The notes under the pieces were generated by a model, which had not been told where the DNA came from, did no database searches, and worked only from the letters and a program-made list of their open reading frames with translations. A stretch of DNA of 64,000 nt from Puccinia triticina (lineage: Eukaryota). Position numbers and translations under genes: made by a program. Shown here one piece after another: positions 62,556-64,000 of the stretch. The stretch is taken from the NCBI GenBank assembly GCA_026914245.1, contig CP110439.1, forward strand, positions 4,402,001-4,466,000, written 5' to 3'. Numbering within the stretch: position 1 is the first letter of the stretch; each line of letters begins with the position of its first letter.

Positions 62556-64000
62556 ATGGTCAACCGGCCTCTCCATGTCTGTCACTGTGTTTTGTATGGC
62601 TGCAACACACAGCAACATGAAGAAGAGGGCAGAGGCGTCGTTGCTGGGAGAGTGTTGTCTAAGCGCGCTTTCCAAACGCATCAGAGAAAGACGGAGCTTG
62701 AAAGGTCAAAACATCAGCCACCTCACTCCGAACGCATTCCCCAACCGTCAACCAGTGATGCTGTGAGTGGAATCAATGTGATTTACTGCTTGAAGATGAA
62801 AGCACATGCTGATTCAGTATTAGCAGAGTGTTCCGATTGTCCACCCATTGGGCTCTTCACAAGTTGCCGGCACCACTACTAGTGCGACGCGGGTCTTTCT
62901 GGAAGAATCTTTTTGCAAGCAAGTAATGACTCAGCTGGTGTCTTCAATCTTTTCCAACAAGCTCAGTAAAGCTGGTGCCGCTGATTTCTTGGAGGCTGCG
63001 AGGGCGAACGTTCTACTTCTTGCGCAGATCTGGAGCATGAAGAATTCTACAAATATTGATCCGATGCCAATTTTTGAGCAAATCCCCAAGACTCCCGACG
63101 CCGTCTTCCATTGCCTCGGCTTGAATCCCCAGTTAACAACGCGGGTGTGTTGCAAGAAATGCTTTGCACTGTACTTGAACAACGGTGAAGATCCTCCACA
63201 ATGCTCCAAGCCTTTTCTTTCGCACAAGCAAGGTTACTGCAAGTGGGCCAAAGCCCAGAACATCAATCCAACTTGTGATGAACCCCTCTTCAAGGTTAAC
63301 AAGGATCGAAAAACTGTTCCAGTTCGAACCTTCACGTATGTTTCCCTGAAATCTTGGTTAAGCAGCCGTCTTGCACAACCTCCGTTTGAAGCTTTGCTTG
63401 ATTCGAGTCTTACTGCTAACAATTGGAACGACAATCAACCAATGGAGGACGTATGGCATGGAACTGTTTGGCAAACATTTCCAAATGTGGATGACGGTTC
63501 GGGGTTGTATACACGCAGTTCAGGAAATATTGTCTTCAGCCTGTATCTCGATTGGTTCAGACCAGAAGGCAGCTCAAATCTTGGCAAGCACATTTACATA
63601 GGGGCAATCATGCTAGTTTGTCTCAATCTGCCACCACAAGATCGATATAAGCCTGCAAACATTTTTCTCTTTGGCATCATCCCAGGACCAAAGGAACCAA
63701 GGCTAGAAGAGATCAATCACGTATTGCGCCCCTTAGTCGACGAGCTGAAAGAATTTTGGAAAGGTGTTTTCTTTGAATCGACAAGTCTCCATCCCACTGG
63801 TAGAACAATTCGAGTAGCTATCTTCCCACTTATTGGGGATCTACCAGCCTTGCGGAAGACGGCCGGATTTGGAAGTCACGCGGCCACCTGGTTTTGTTCC
63901 TTCTGCTGCCTAAGCAGGAATCATCTAGAAGAGACAAATACAGCTCGATTTGCCAGCCGGTCGGATGACATACATTTGCAAAAAGCATCTGAGTGGCTCC
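62556..64000 (+). CDS. CACTA/EnSpm transposase (Transposase_21/TnpD-like), truncated by window end
   Basis: Short first exon with CHC..GC, then an open frame to the end: DVWHG, FSLYLDWF, CLNLPP..RYK..N, IIPGPKEP, LRPLVDEL, GDLPALRK..GF.SH...FCSFC. Confidence 0.9.

Overview
Eukaryotic fungal DNA, very probably a rust fungus (Pucciniales, Puccinia-like). This is inferred from short GT-AG introns, two members of a rust-type hypothetical gene family, and the TE repertoire. Roughly three quarters of the window is transposable elements, many resolvable by TIR/LTR ends and target-site duplications (TSDs). 1-20.6 kb is a nested TE cluster: a CACTA end; a solo LTR split by a PIF/Harbinger-like element (itself holding a foldback) and by a GGGTCA-TIR element that contains an intact DD38E IS630/Tc1-type transposon; and a second GGGTCA-TIR element holding a dead chromoviral Gypsy with a nested solo LTR. 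Then come two intron-containing tRNAs, a GPI-type cupredoxin-like gene, a solo LTR, a 9.1-kb CMC/EnSpm element carrying three genes, a host island (hypothetical family gene, GPI11/PIG-F, MOB1, second family gene), a full-length Tad1-like LINE inserted in a Gypsy remnant, and a probable large CACTA element that appears to carry an SNF2 helicase and runs off the window end. All coordinates and translations were read by eye; no database searches were run.
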